Origin: a virus
Lineage: Duplodnaviria > Caudoviricetes
Length of the DNA: 26,351 bases
IMG/VR virus record: IMGVR_UViG_3300030095_000291
Location: 1 to 26,351 of that record
Direction: 5' to 3' (one strand)
This document shows positions 8,236-17,156 of this stretch, piece by piece (positions within the stretch are counted from its first letter, which is position 1; every line of letters begins with the position of its first letter). The position numbers and the translations under genes were made by a program. A model generated the notes under the pieces. The model did not search any database, was not told the origin of the DNA, and saw only the letters and a program-made list of their open reading frames with translations.

Positions 8236-9339
8236 ATGGCATTTCCAAAAGCTGCGGGGCATGGAAATTTACCTAATGGTAATTTTAGTCCTATCATTTA
8301 TAGCAAACAGGTGCAACTTGCATTTCGTAAGTCATCTATTGCTGAAGCAATAACCAACAATGATTATTTTGGTGAGATTGCGGCCATGGGAGATTCTGTG
8401 AAGATTATTAAAGAGCCTGAAATCACAGTAAAATCCTACGAGAGAGGAACACAGATTACTCCTCAAGATCTAGACGATGAAGAGTTTTCTCTTGTCATTG
8501 ATAAAGCAAACTACTTTGCATTTAAAATTGATGACATTGAAGAAGCACACAGCCACGTAAACTTTCAATCACTTGCAAGTGACAGGGCTGCGTATCGTTT
8601 AGCAGATCAGTTTGACCAAGAAGTACTTGGTTATATGTCAGGCTTTACACAATCTGCAATGCATGGTGCAGCCAATACAGTAAACACATCTACTAATGGT
8701 GTGGCAGCTGTAGTAGGTGCATCTACAGGTGCTAACTTAGTTGGTGCAGAACTATTAGACTCTATGTCTTTAGACGCATCTAACTTTACAGCCGAAAATG
8801 GAACTGCAGGATCTGCCAATAACTCTATTGCTATTAAGCCAAGAGTTCCCGGACAGACTACTGCAACTATGCATGCATCCACAGGTGGTATAGCAAGTCC
8901 TTTACAAATCATAGCACGTATGTCAAGACTTATGGATCAGCAAAATGTTGATACACAAGGTCGTTGGCTAGTGGTTGATCCTGTAATGATTGAAGTTCTA
9001 AAGGATGAAGATTCTCGTCTTCTAAATTCAGACTTTGGTGGTTCAGGTTTACAAAATGGACTAGTTGTAAATAACCTGCATGGTTTTAAGATCTATCAGT
9101 CTAACAATTTACCTTCATTGGGTACAGGTCCTTCTACTACAGGTGGTCCTAATGCTTCCAACATGGGTATTATTGTTGCAGGACATAGTTCAGCAGTCGC
9201 AACGGCAGAGCAAATAAACAAGACCGAAACTTATCGTGATCCTGATTCATTTGCAGACATTGTTCGCGGCATGCATCTGTATGGCAGAAAGATACTTCGA
9301 CCTGAAGCTATCGTAACTGCTGCATATAACTTAGCATAG
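8236..9339 (+). CDS. Major capsid protein (HK97 fold, P22-coat-like)
   Basis: 367 aa after the scaffold; strong RBS TAAGGAG; FSPIIYSK, DYFGEI..GDSVKI, FAFKIDDIE and DIVRGMHLYGRKILRPEA motifs. Confidence 0.93.
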   Translation: MAFPKAAGHGNLPNGNFSPIIYSKQVQLAFRKSSIAEAITNNDYFGEIAAMGDSVKIIKEPEITVKSYERGTQITPQDLDDEEFSLVIDKANYFAFKIDDIEEAHSHVNFQSLASDRAAYRLADQFDQEVLGYMSGFTQSAMHGAANTVNTSTNGVAAVVGASTGANLVGAELLDSMSLDASNFTAENGTAGSANNSIAIKPRVPGQTTATMHASTGGIASPLQIIARMSRLMDQQNVDTQGRWLVVDPVMIEVLKDEDSRLLNSDFGGSGLQNGLVVNNLHGFKIYQSNNLPSLGTGPSTTGGPNASNMGIIVAGHSSAVATAEQINKTETYRDPDSFADIVRGMHLYGRKILRPEAIVTAAYNLA

Positions 9340-9352
9340 AGGGGGATATAAC

Positions 9353-9832
9353 ATGGCTACAATTTCAAGTCTTTTAAAACCTGCTCATGGAAGTGGTGGT
9401 GGTGGCAGACAGCCATATTACCTTGATATGACTATTGATCTTACAGCACAAGCAATCTCTAGTACTGCAGGTGATGTTGTTCAATGTCTTACCATTCCTG
9501 CTAACACACGTGTACTACATGCAGGTCTTCAAGTTGTAACAAGTGCAACTATGAATACAGGTACAAACGCTACAGCATCATTGGGTGCAGGTGACGCTGA
9601 CGAATTTGTTGCGACATTTGATATTGATAATGCGGCTGATGGTGCTTATGCTCCTTCTGCTACTCCTTCAGCCGATGTAACACTTGCTACTGCAGATACT
9701 TTGGATGTTACCTTTGCGGGTGATGGTGCAACGTATAGTGCAGGTAAGCTACGTGTTTATGCTGTGATGTTGGATGTTAGCGACATGGGTGACATGTCAG
9801 CTAGTATTGTTGATCGAGATATGTTAGCTTAG
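9353..9832 (+). CDS. Putative capsid decoration/cement protein
   Basis: 159-aa Ala/Thr/Gly-rich beta-type protein immediately after MCP and before the large hairpin; GAGGGG RBS. Confidence 0.6.
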   Translation: MATISSLLKPAHGSGGGGRQPYYLDMTIDLTAQAISSTAGDVVQCLTIPANTRVLHAGLQVVTSATMNTGTNATASLGAGDADEFVATFDIDNAADGAYAPSATPSADVTLATADTLDVTFAGDGATYSAGKLRVYAVMLDVSDMGDMSASIVDRDMLA

Positions 9833-9849
9833 TCTAACTATTCTTAATA

Positions 9850-9881
9850 GTTAAGAGGGTGGGGAAACTTGCCCTCTTAAC
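9850..9881 (+). terminator. 14-bp hairpin with GAAA tetraloop after the capsid genes (terminator/attenuator or 3' stabiliser)
   Basis: GTTAAGAGGGTGGG-GAAA-CTTGCCCTCTTAAC (three G-U pairs); followed by ATATCTT rather than a clean U-tract. Confidence 0.6.
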
Positions 9882-9902
9882 ATATCTTAAAAGGAGAAAA
9901 TA

Positions 9903-10343
9903 ATGGGAATATCAACAGCATTGTGTAGTTCATTTAAACAAGAACTATTGCAGGGTGTACATAACTTTAGTTCACATACATTTAAGTTAGCCTTAATAAA
10001 AGCAGGTGAATCAGGAACGTATGGATCAGCATCAACAAATTATTCTAATATAACAGGTAACTCTGATGAGCAAGGTAATACGGGAACATATGCAGCTGGT
10101 GGTGCTACGTTAGGTGGTACAACAATTAACCTTACAAACACAACTGCACATATAGACTTTAATAATCCACAATTTACAAGTGCAACTATTGACGCAAATG
10201 GTTGTATGATTTATAATACTGATGCAAGTAATAAAGCAGTTTGTGTTATCAGTTTTGGTACAACTCAATCGTCTGATAATGGCACATTCACTATTACTAT
10301 GCCAGCAGACGGAGAAAGTAGCTCTATTATAAGGGTAGCCTAA
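9903..10343 (+). CDS. Putative side-fibre subunit (small beta-sandwich virion protein)
   Basis: 146 aa; SFKQELLQG..TFKLAL..YAAGGATL..GTFTITMP pattern of a widespread phage structural family; AAAGGAG RBS. Confidence 0.6.
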   Translation: MGISTALCSSFKQELLQGVHNFSSHTFKLALIKAGESGTYGSASTNYSNITGNSDEQGNTGTYAAGGATLGGTTINLTNTTAHIDFNNPQFTSATIDANGCMIYNTDASNKAVCVISFGTTQSSDNGTFTITMPADGESSSIIRVA

Positions 10344-10344
10344 T

Positions 10345-11346
10345 ATGGCACTAATCTTAAACGACAGAGTAAAAGAAACAACTACTACTATAAGCACAGG
10401 CGATATTGCTTTAGCAGGTGCAGTTAGTGGTTTTGAAACTTTTGTAAGTGGTATTGGTAATGCTAATACTACTTATTATTGTATTGCACACAAAACTCTT
10501 AATGAATTTGAGATTGGCATAGGCACAATTAATGATTTATCTACCGATACTATTTCAGGTAGAAGTAATAGTAATGTATTGTCTAGTAGTAATAGTGATA
10601 ATGTAGTTGATTTTAGTGCAGGAGAAAAATCTGTATTCTGTACACTGCCTGCAAGTAAGGCCGTTGTAGAAAATGCTGACAATGAAATACTATTAGGGCA
10701 TACTGCAAAAGTTACTCCTGTAGGTGGTGGTATAACAAAATTTACCACAAGTGATGACGATGGCTTTACAGTTGTTAGGTATGGTACAAATCAAAACGAT
10801 TCAGCGTATGGTTTTAACTTTGCTAGATCTAAAAATGCAAGTATAGGTAGTCATACTATCTTAGCATCAGGAGATGAAGTAGGTAGAATTAGTTGGTTTG
10901 GTGATGATGGTAATGATTTTAATTCTGAAGTAGCAACTATAAAAGCAACAGTAACAGGCACTCCCGGTGGTAATACTGTACCCGGAAGACTGCAATTAAA
11001 CGTGGCTGCTCAAGGCTTTGTATCTGCATCTAAAGGGATAACTATTTATGGAGATGCCGCAACTGAATTTACTCAAGATATTAAAGTAAGTGGTGGATCT
11101 AACACAATTACCAATACAAAAGTTGGTCAATGGGATACAGCGTATGGATGGGGTGATCATTCAAGTGGTGGCTATTTAACTGCACACCCAAATATATCTG
11201 CTGCAAGTAGTTCAGATAATAGTGGGCAGACATTTATACAAGATATTACAGTAGATAGTAATGGACATATTACAGCAATAGGTACAGCCACTTCAAGTGG
11301 TGGTGTGTCAGAAGCATTAGCAATAGCATATGCGACTGCACTTTAA
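10345..11346 (+). CDS. Putative fibre protein
   Basis: N-terminal DRVKETTTT anchor-type domain, G/S/T-rich body, WDTAYGWGDH and DSNGHIT fibre motifs, C-terminal ALAIAYATAL helix. Confidence 0.6.
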   Translation: MALILNDRVKETTTTISTGDIALAGAVSGFETFVSGIGNANTTYYCIAHKTLNEFEIGIGTINDLSTDTISGRSNSNVLSSSNSDNVVDFSAGEKSVFCTLPASKAVVENADNEILLGHTAKVTPVGGGITKFTTSDDDGFTVVRYGTNQNDSAYGFNFARSKNASIGSHTILASGDEVGRISWFGDDGNDFNSEVATIKATVTGTPGGNTVPGRLQLNVAAQGFVSASKGITIYGDAATEFTQDIKVSGGSNTITNTKVGQWDTAYGWGDHSSGGYLTAHPNISAASSSDNSGQTFIQDITVDSNGHITAIGTATSSGGVSEALAIAYATAL

Positions 11347-11356
11347 GGAGAAATAG

Positions 11357-14300
11357 ATGGCAAAGGAATTACAAGGTTTTTATACGTTTACCCCCGGTGG
11401 AGGTGGTGCAGGAACTATTGTTGTTAATGGGTTTTATAGATTAGAGCAATTCCAATTAGTAACTAATATGACTGACCAAGAAATTATATTTAACTTTGCT
11501 GATACAGGTAAAGGTGCAACACTTGCCTATAATGCTACAACAGATAAAACAACATTAACACTAGAAGCAAATACGTCAGGTATGTCAGGAACAGACAGAC
11601 TGCAGATATTTGTACAAAATTTACAAGGTCAAGAAATACTACCATCAGGTACATATCAAGATCCTGTTGAAAAACTAAGAGTATCAAATCCTCAAGCTCT
11701 TATTGATACAGACTTTGAATACTCCTTACAGGCTACTAAATGGGAATCAGTACAATTACAAAATAATATTCCCGGTATTTTCCAAAGAGCAAACGAACCT
11801 GCTTTCCAAGGATCAGAAATTTCAAGTATTGTACAACAAAGTTTTAGTTCAGGTTCAGGACAATTTAGTGTAGGTACAGGTTCTTTTTCGGAAAATGGTA
11901 GAACAGGAATGACTACCAACATTAACTTTAATTGGGATGATGGTAATACATTTATTGCTTCACCTTTTAATGTAGATTTTTTAGGAACAGCATACAATGG
12001 TGTATACGTAAGTACAAATGGTTACTTTACATTTGGTTCAGGTTCAAGTCAGTATTGGAGTATGGGAAATGTAGATACTCCTAATATTCCTGCTATTAAA
12101 GTATTTGCAGGAGATAGACGAGCATATTGGATTGGTAATAGAACACAGGGTTCTGCACCTAATCGAACATGGATAGTGCGATTTGAAGGAACAAACTATA
12201 GTCCATCATTAACAGATGGTAATGGAATTGGTTCTCATATTTATGAAGCAAAGTTTTATGAAGGTGGTACAAGCGTTGAAATACATTATGTTAGAAACCA
12301 AAGTACTTCTTATACTGCTGCTGCACAAGATGGCCCCGGACCTTCTACAAGTTTCTTAGGTACATGGACAGGTGTAGCAAATTCAAGTAGTCCTTGGACT
12401 GTCGGCGTATGTAAAACTTTATCGTGGGGATCATCCTCTACAGTTATTAGAACAACTGTGGCATCTCCACCTGCATCTCCATTTGTTATAGGTCAGCCTA
12501 TTATTATTAAAGAAACAAAAGATCCTGTACACTTAGATGGTGCGTTTCTTATAACAGGTGTGCCTAGTAGTACATCTTTTGAGGTACAAAGTAGATCGCC
12601 TGTTAGTTATGGAACTACAGATCAAAAGACAGATTACACAGCCGTATACACAGGTGGCTTTTTCTCTAATGCAGAATTGGCATTAAGTAGTATTCAACGT
12701 GTAAGTGGTACAACACGTGCTAGAATTAATTTTAGTTCTAATCATGGTTTATATGTAGGGTCAAAACTCTACGTTGTGGATAGTAATGTATCTACAGGTA
12801 CATGGGTTGGTGCTATGCGAGTTTCACGTGTATATAGCGATACTGCAGTAGAATACAATACAGACGAAACATCTAACTATAGTAATAGTAATACACTAAG
12901 TTCAGGACAAACAAAAGTGTACGTTAGAAATGAGGGTGTTGCATCTCACAGGTATCACGATGGGGGTGTACAAATTAACCCATCATCAAATTCTCCCAAT
13001 GCTCAAATTATTAGACAGACACGAAAGTATTTTCGATATCAGTCAGGTAAAGGTATACAGTTTTCTACAGGTGTTTTATTTAAACCTGTATATGATGTGC
13101 GTACTGTCGATATCGTTACTAATACTTATATTGCAGGTGTGAATGAGAAGTATGAAATGAACTTGCAAACAGATCAAGAGCATGGCTTTACTTCTAACAC
13201 AGCGTATAAACCCGGAGCATCTATAACTGTTTCAGGTTTTACTGTGTCTTCAGGAAACAATCCCTATAATGGTACATTTACAATTAAAAATGTAACAGAT
13301 CGTGTGCGTATTACTGTAGAAGTAGATGTAAGTAGTGGCAATGGTGGTGTACCTAGTGACACTACACCTGATGGTATACCAAAGGTAGCAGTAACAGCAT
13401 GGAATGACGCTGTGGTACGTAGTGGTTTATTTGATGATCAAAATGGTATGTTCTTTGAACATGATGGTACATATCTGTATGCTGTAAAAAGAAGTAGTAC
13501 AGAACAGATTATGGGTGTTATAGCAGTTAACTTAAACTCATCTACAGTTAATGGTACAGATACAAAATTTCTATCCCAACTAGCTGAAGAAGATTACATT
13601 GTTATTAAGGGTGTGTCTTATCTTATAACAAAAGTTATTAGTGATACACAATTAACTGTGTCACCTGATTATAAAGCGTTGTCAATATCTAATGCAAAAA
13701 TAGTTAAGACTAATGACACACGTGTAAGACAAGACAGCTTTAATCTTGATCCTGTAGATGGATCAGGTCCTACAGGCTATACACTTGACTCTAACAAAAT
13801 GCAGATGGTCTTTATTGACTACTCTTGGTATGGTGCAGGGCGAATTAGATGGGGTCTACGTCTGCAAGATGGGTCTATTCAATACATACACCAAGCACCA
13901 CAGAATAACGTCAACACGGAAGCTTATATGCGTTCTGGTAACATTCCTGCTAGGTTTGAAATATCTTCTAAATCTAAGAATGGTAAGCTGTTAGCATCTG
14001 TTACTAATAGTTCTAGTACGTTAACTATCAAAGAAGCTGATGCTATTTTCTTACCTACGAGTGGCACGATTGTTGTAAACAATGAGTATATGGAATACAC
14101 AAAAGCAGGTACAGGAACTACATTAGGATTTCCTTCAAGAACACTAACTATTAATACTAGAAACATTGGTGGTAAATCTGCAAACTCTACAGCAAATGTA
14201 AATGATACGTGGTTATCTGCTAATCAAAATTGTTCACCTTCTCTAAGCCATTGGGGTACATCAACAATAATGGATGGTGAGTTTAATACAGACAAATCTT

Positions 14301-14830
14301 ATCTCTTTACAGCACAAACAGCATCGTCTGTATCAATAGCTTCAGGTGCTACTGCAGCACTTGTGTCCGTTAGGTTAGCACCTTCTGTGGACTATGGTAT
14401 TCCCGGATTCTATGGTGTTAGAAACTTAGTTAATAGATCAGCACTAGCACTTGAAAGTATTGGTCTATCAGTGCAAGGTAACTTTAGTGTTGAGGTTAAG
14501 ATTAATCCTGAAAGCACTATATATCAAACAACAACAAATTGGCTAAGACCTACAAATGGTTCTATTGCACAGTATATGGATCACTCGTCTGTAGCAGGTA
14601 CGTTTACAGGTGGTGACGTAGTTGCATCTTTCTTCGCTGATGAAGGTTCAAACAGATTTGCTAACTCAACATATCCTATTACAGCAATTAGAGAGTTAGG
14701 TAATAGTATTCTAGGAGGTCCGAATGTTTACCCTGATGGCCCTGACGTTTTAACACTATTTGTAAAAAATAATAGTGGACAAACACGACAGGCTTATGGG
14801 CGTATAACTTGGCAAGAAGCACAAGGATAG
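11357..14830 (+). CDS. Large virion structural/adhesin protein
   Basis: 1157 aa, S/T/G-rich, multiple beta domains; KLRVSNPQALIDTDFEY, RQTRKYFRYQSGKG and YSWYGAG motifs; TAAGGAG RBS. Confidence 0.6.
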   Translation: MAKELQGFYTFTPGGGGAGTIVVNGFYRLEQFQLVTNMTDQEIIFNFADTGKGATLAYNATTDKTTLTLEANTSGMSGTDRLQIFVQNLQGQEILPSGTYQDPVEKLRVSNPQALIDTDFEYSLQATKWESVQLQNNIPGIFQRANEPAFQGSEISSIVQQSFSSGSGQFSVGTGSFSENGRTGMTTNINFNWDDGNTFIASPFNVDFLGTAYNGVYVSTNGYFTFGSGSSQYWSMGNVDTPNIPAIKVFAGDRRAYWIGNRTQGSAPNRTWIVRFEGTNYSPSLTDGNGIGSHIYEAKFYEGGTSVEIHYVRNQSTSYTAAAQDGPGPSTSFLGTWTGVANSSSPWTVGVCKTLSWGSSSTVIRTTVASPPASPFVIGQPIIIKETKDPVHLDGAFLITGVPSSTSFEVQSRSPVSYGTTDQKTDYTAVYTGGFFSNAELALSSIQRVSGTTRARINFSSNHGLYVGSKLYVVDSNVSTGTWVGAMRVSRVYSDTAVEYNTDETSNYSNSNTLSSGQTKVYVRNEGVASHRYHDGGVQINPSSNSPNAQIIRQTRKYFRYQSGKGIQFSTGVLFKPVYDVRTVDIVTNTYIAGVNEKYEMNLQTDQEHGFTSNTAYKPGASITVSGFTVSSGNNPYNGTFTIKNVTDRVRITVEVDVSSGNGGVPSDTTPDGIPKVAVTAWNDAVVRSGLFDDQNGMFFEHDGTYLYAVKRSSTEQIMGVIAVNLNSSTVNGTDTKFLSQLAEEDYIVIKGVSYLITKVISDTQLTVSPDYKALSISNAKIVKTNDTRVRQDSFNLDPVDGSGPTGYTLDSNKMQMVFIDYSWYGAGRIRWGLRLQDGSIQYIHQAPQNNVNTEAYMRSGNIPARFEISSKSKNGKLLASVTNSSSTLTIKEADAIFLPTSGTIVVNNEYMEYTKAGTGTTLGFPSRTLTINTRNIGGKSANSTANVNDTWLSANQNCSPSLSHWGTSTIMDGEFNTDKSYLFTAQTASSVSIASGATAALVSVRLAPSVDYGIPGFYGVRNLVNRSALALESIGLSVQGNFSVEVKINPESTIYQTTTNWLRPTNGSIAQYMDHSSVAGTFTGGDVVASFFADEGSNRFANSTYPITAIRELGNSILGGPNVYPDGPDVLTLFVKNNSGQTRQAYGRITWQEAQG

Positions 14831-14835
14831 TATAG

Positions 14836-15855
14836 ATGTATCTTGGTAGTGTTGCATTTAGTGAAGCCGCCTTTGGTGATGAAGGTTCTCTTAGTGCAAC
14901 TATAGCTATAACAGGTGTTCAAGCTAATGCATTTGTTGGTAGTATATCAGTTGCAGGTAATACAGGTGTAGAACTACCAACACAAGTAGCAACATTTTCT
15001 ATTGAGCCACCTACAATCAATAGTGATGCTAACATTACAGTAACAGCTTCGTTAGTAGCTACTACACAACTTGGTACATTAACTAGCATTGTAGGAGATG
15101 CTAATGTTACACCTGATTCTGTATTACTAACAGGATCACTTGGTCTTCTTACTTTTACAGGTGATGCTAATTTAGATTTACCTTCCCTTGTAGCAACTGC
15201 AGTAGTTGACACAACAGGACTAGTAATATTTGCTGATGCTAATGTAGATTTACCAACATTTGTAGCTACAGGATCACTTGGTCTTCTTACTTTTACGGGT
15301 GATGCTAACGTAGAATTACCACTAAGCAATGCTGTTTATGGAAGTGCTAACTTTAATGATAATGTAATTTATGGTGGTGGTGGTGGACTTGTAGCAACAA
15401 CACAGCTTGGTCTACTAACTATAAACTCTGATGCTAATGTAGATGCTCCAACATTTGTTGCAACAACACAACTTGGTACACTAGCAGGAATAACAGGTGA
15501 CGCTAATGTTGAACCACAATCTGTAATATTAAATGGTTCTATAGGACTACTAACATTTGAAGGTGATGCAAATCTTACGATAACAGATTCGTTGGTAGCA
15601 ACCACACAGATTGTTCCAACCCTATCAGTAGTAGGTACTGCAACGATAGACCTACCAACCATAGTAGCACAAACATCAATAGGTATTGCCCTTATAACTA
15701 CTATAAGTCAAAACGATTACAATAAAGAACGAACACTTATTATACCAGTAAGACAACATAAAGTAAGATCACAAAATGAAGTAGGACAACAATTAAGAAC
15801 TGTAATTGTTCCACCAAGAAGACGCATAACAGTTACAACAAATATAGCAGCATAA
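14836..15855 (+). CDS. Repeat 'rope' protein of a side fibre (~11 repeats of 22-24 aa)
   Basis: Repeats of the form DANVxLPxxVATxxLGxLTxxG; N-terminal LGSVAFSEAAFG; basic C-terminal RTLIIP/RTVIVP strands. Confidence 0.6.
   Translation: MYLGSVAFSEAAFGDEGSLSATIAITGVQANAFVGSISVAGNTGVELPTQVATFSIEPPTINSDANITVTASLVATTQLGTLTSIVGDANVTPDSVLLTGSLGLLTFTGDANLDLPSLVATAVVDTTGLVIFADANVDLPTFVATGSLGLLTFTGDANVELPLSNAVYGSANFNDNVIYGGGGGLVATTQLGLLTINSDANVDAPTFVATTQLGTLAGITGDANVEPQSVILNGSIGLLTFEGDANLTITDSLVATTQIVPTLSVVGTATIDLPTIVAQTSIGIALITTISQNDYNKERTLIIPVRQHKVRSQNEVGQQLRTVIVPPRRRITVTTNIAA
15130..15308 (+). repeat. 41-bp direct repeat, 40/41 identical (15130-15170 and 15268-15308)
   Basis: ACAGGATCACTTGGTCTTCTTACTTTTAC(A/G)GGTGATGCTAA, offset 138 bp (two protein repeats). 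Confidence 0.9.
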
Positions 15856-15865
15856 AGGAAAACAT

Positions 15866-16222
15866 ATGTCTTTTAAATGGCCAAATAAAGATCCTGATGA
15901 AACACTAGACTACAGCATGGATTGGTCTAGGTATTTAGGCTATGATCATGTTAGTAGTTCAGGAACAGTAATTATTTCAAATTCGTGGTTTATTGATGAC
16001 GCAAGTGGGGTAAAAACACTGATTAGTACAACACAAAATACTACAGTAGATGGACTTACAGTAATATATGGTGGGTTACTAAGGGATAGTACCAATACAG
16101 TTTGTACTATACGTTTTAGTGCAGGTACAGTTAATAAATCATATAAGATAACTAGTCAAATAACTGACAGCACAGGATTGGTATCTGAACGTGTAGTTAG
16201 ATTACGTATTAAGGAAAACTAA
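15866..16222 (+). CDS. Fibre-tail adaptor-like protein
   Basis: 118 aa; KDPDETLDYSMDWSRYL N-terminus, Ig-like beta pattern, C-terminal ERVVRLRIKE; AAAGGA RBS. Confidence 0.65.
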   Translation: MSFKWPNKDPDETLDYSMDWSRYLGYDHVSSSGTVIISNSWFIDDASGVKTLISTTQNTTVDGLTVIYGGLLRDSTNTVCTIRFSAGTVNKSYKITSQITDSTGLVSERVVRLRIKEN

Positions 16223-16223
16223 T

Positions 16224-17156
16224 ATGGCATATAATTATTTAGATTTAGTAAATGAAATTAATAGAAGATTAAATGAAGTGGAGTTAACGTCTTCTAATTT
16301 TTTAACAGCTAAAGGGTTTTACCATACAGCAAAAGATGCAGTTAATTCTTCTATAAGGCATATTAACCATGAAGAATTTAATTGGCCTTGGAATCATAGA
16401 GAAGAAGAAGAAATTTTATCCGCAGGTATTATGCGATATCCGTATCCTGAAGATGCAAAGATATTAGATGAACATAGTTTTAGAATAAAAAGAAATGATC
16501 TTATTACAGCAAGTGGTCGAGTTAATGGTGCAATTACAAGTAACACAGCTTTAGTAATAGACAATAATGTAGGAACAATAGCTGCAGGTATGACAGTTAC
16601 AGGAACGGGTATTGATGGACTTGTTACTGTTTCAAGCCTATCTGATCAAAATAATATTGTGTTATCATCAGCACAAACTTTATTAAATGATGTTAGATTA
16701 ACTTTTACAAGTGGCTTTGGTGTCGGTACTAGAAAATTAAGTTCATTAGACTATCAAGAATATCTTGACAGATACATTGACCATGAGTATAATACGAATA
16801 CATCTATTCGTGGAGTACCTAACTATGTTATACGCTCACCAAGTCAGGAGTTTATATTTTATCCATGCCCTGATAAAGCATATGAACTAGTATATGAGTA
16901 CTATCAAAATCCTATCATCTTAGAAAAGGATACAGATGTACCTACTGTACCACAAGAATTTAGACATGTTATTGTAGATGGTGCAATGTATTACGCTTAT
17001 CAATTTAGAGGAGATGTACAAAATACGCAACTTTCACAAAACAAATTTAAAGAGGGTATTAAATATATGCGTAGCATTTATATTAATCGCTATGAGTATG
17101 TCCGTTCTACTGTTATAGATCGTGCATCAGGTGGAATAAACCATAGAGTATTTTAA
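16224..17156 (+). CDS. Head-tail adaptor (tail tubular protein A-like) with an inserted beta domain
   Basis: YLDLVNEINRRLNE N-terminal helix, FNWPW, YPCPDKAY and DVPTVPQEFRHVIVDGA motifs; precedes the nozzle. Confidence 0.75.
   Translation: MAYNYLDLVNEINRRLNEVELTSSNFLTAKGFYHTAKDAVNSSIRHINHEEFNWPWNHREEEEILSAGIMRYPYPEDAKILDEHSFRIKRNDLITASGRVNGAITSNTALVIDNNVGTIAAGMTVTGTGIDGLVTVSSLSDQNNIVLSSAQTLLNDVRLTFTSGFGVGTRKLSSLDYQEYLDRYIDHEYNTNTSIRGVPNYVIRSPSQEFIFYPCPDKAYELVYEYYQNPIILEKDTDVPTVPQEFRHVIVDGAMYYAYQFRGDVQNTQLSQNKFKEGIKYMRSIYINRYEYVRSTVIDRASGGINHRVF

Noticed and set aside
9337-9353. Possible MCP read-through or frameshift into the decoration gene (T7 10A/10B style)
   Set aside because: The genes are in different frames, no slippery heptamer is evident, and the downstream gene has its own GAGGGG RBS.
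14836-15855. Periodic GATGCTAA repeats as a CRISPR array or DGR template/variable repeat
   Set aside because: They are in-frame protein repeats without constant repeat/unique spacer structure; no cas or reverse transcriptase gene in the window.
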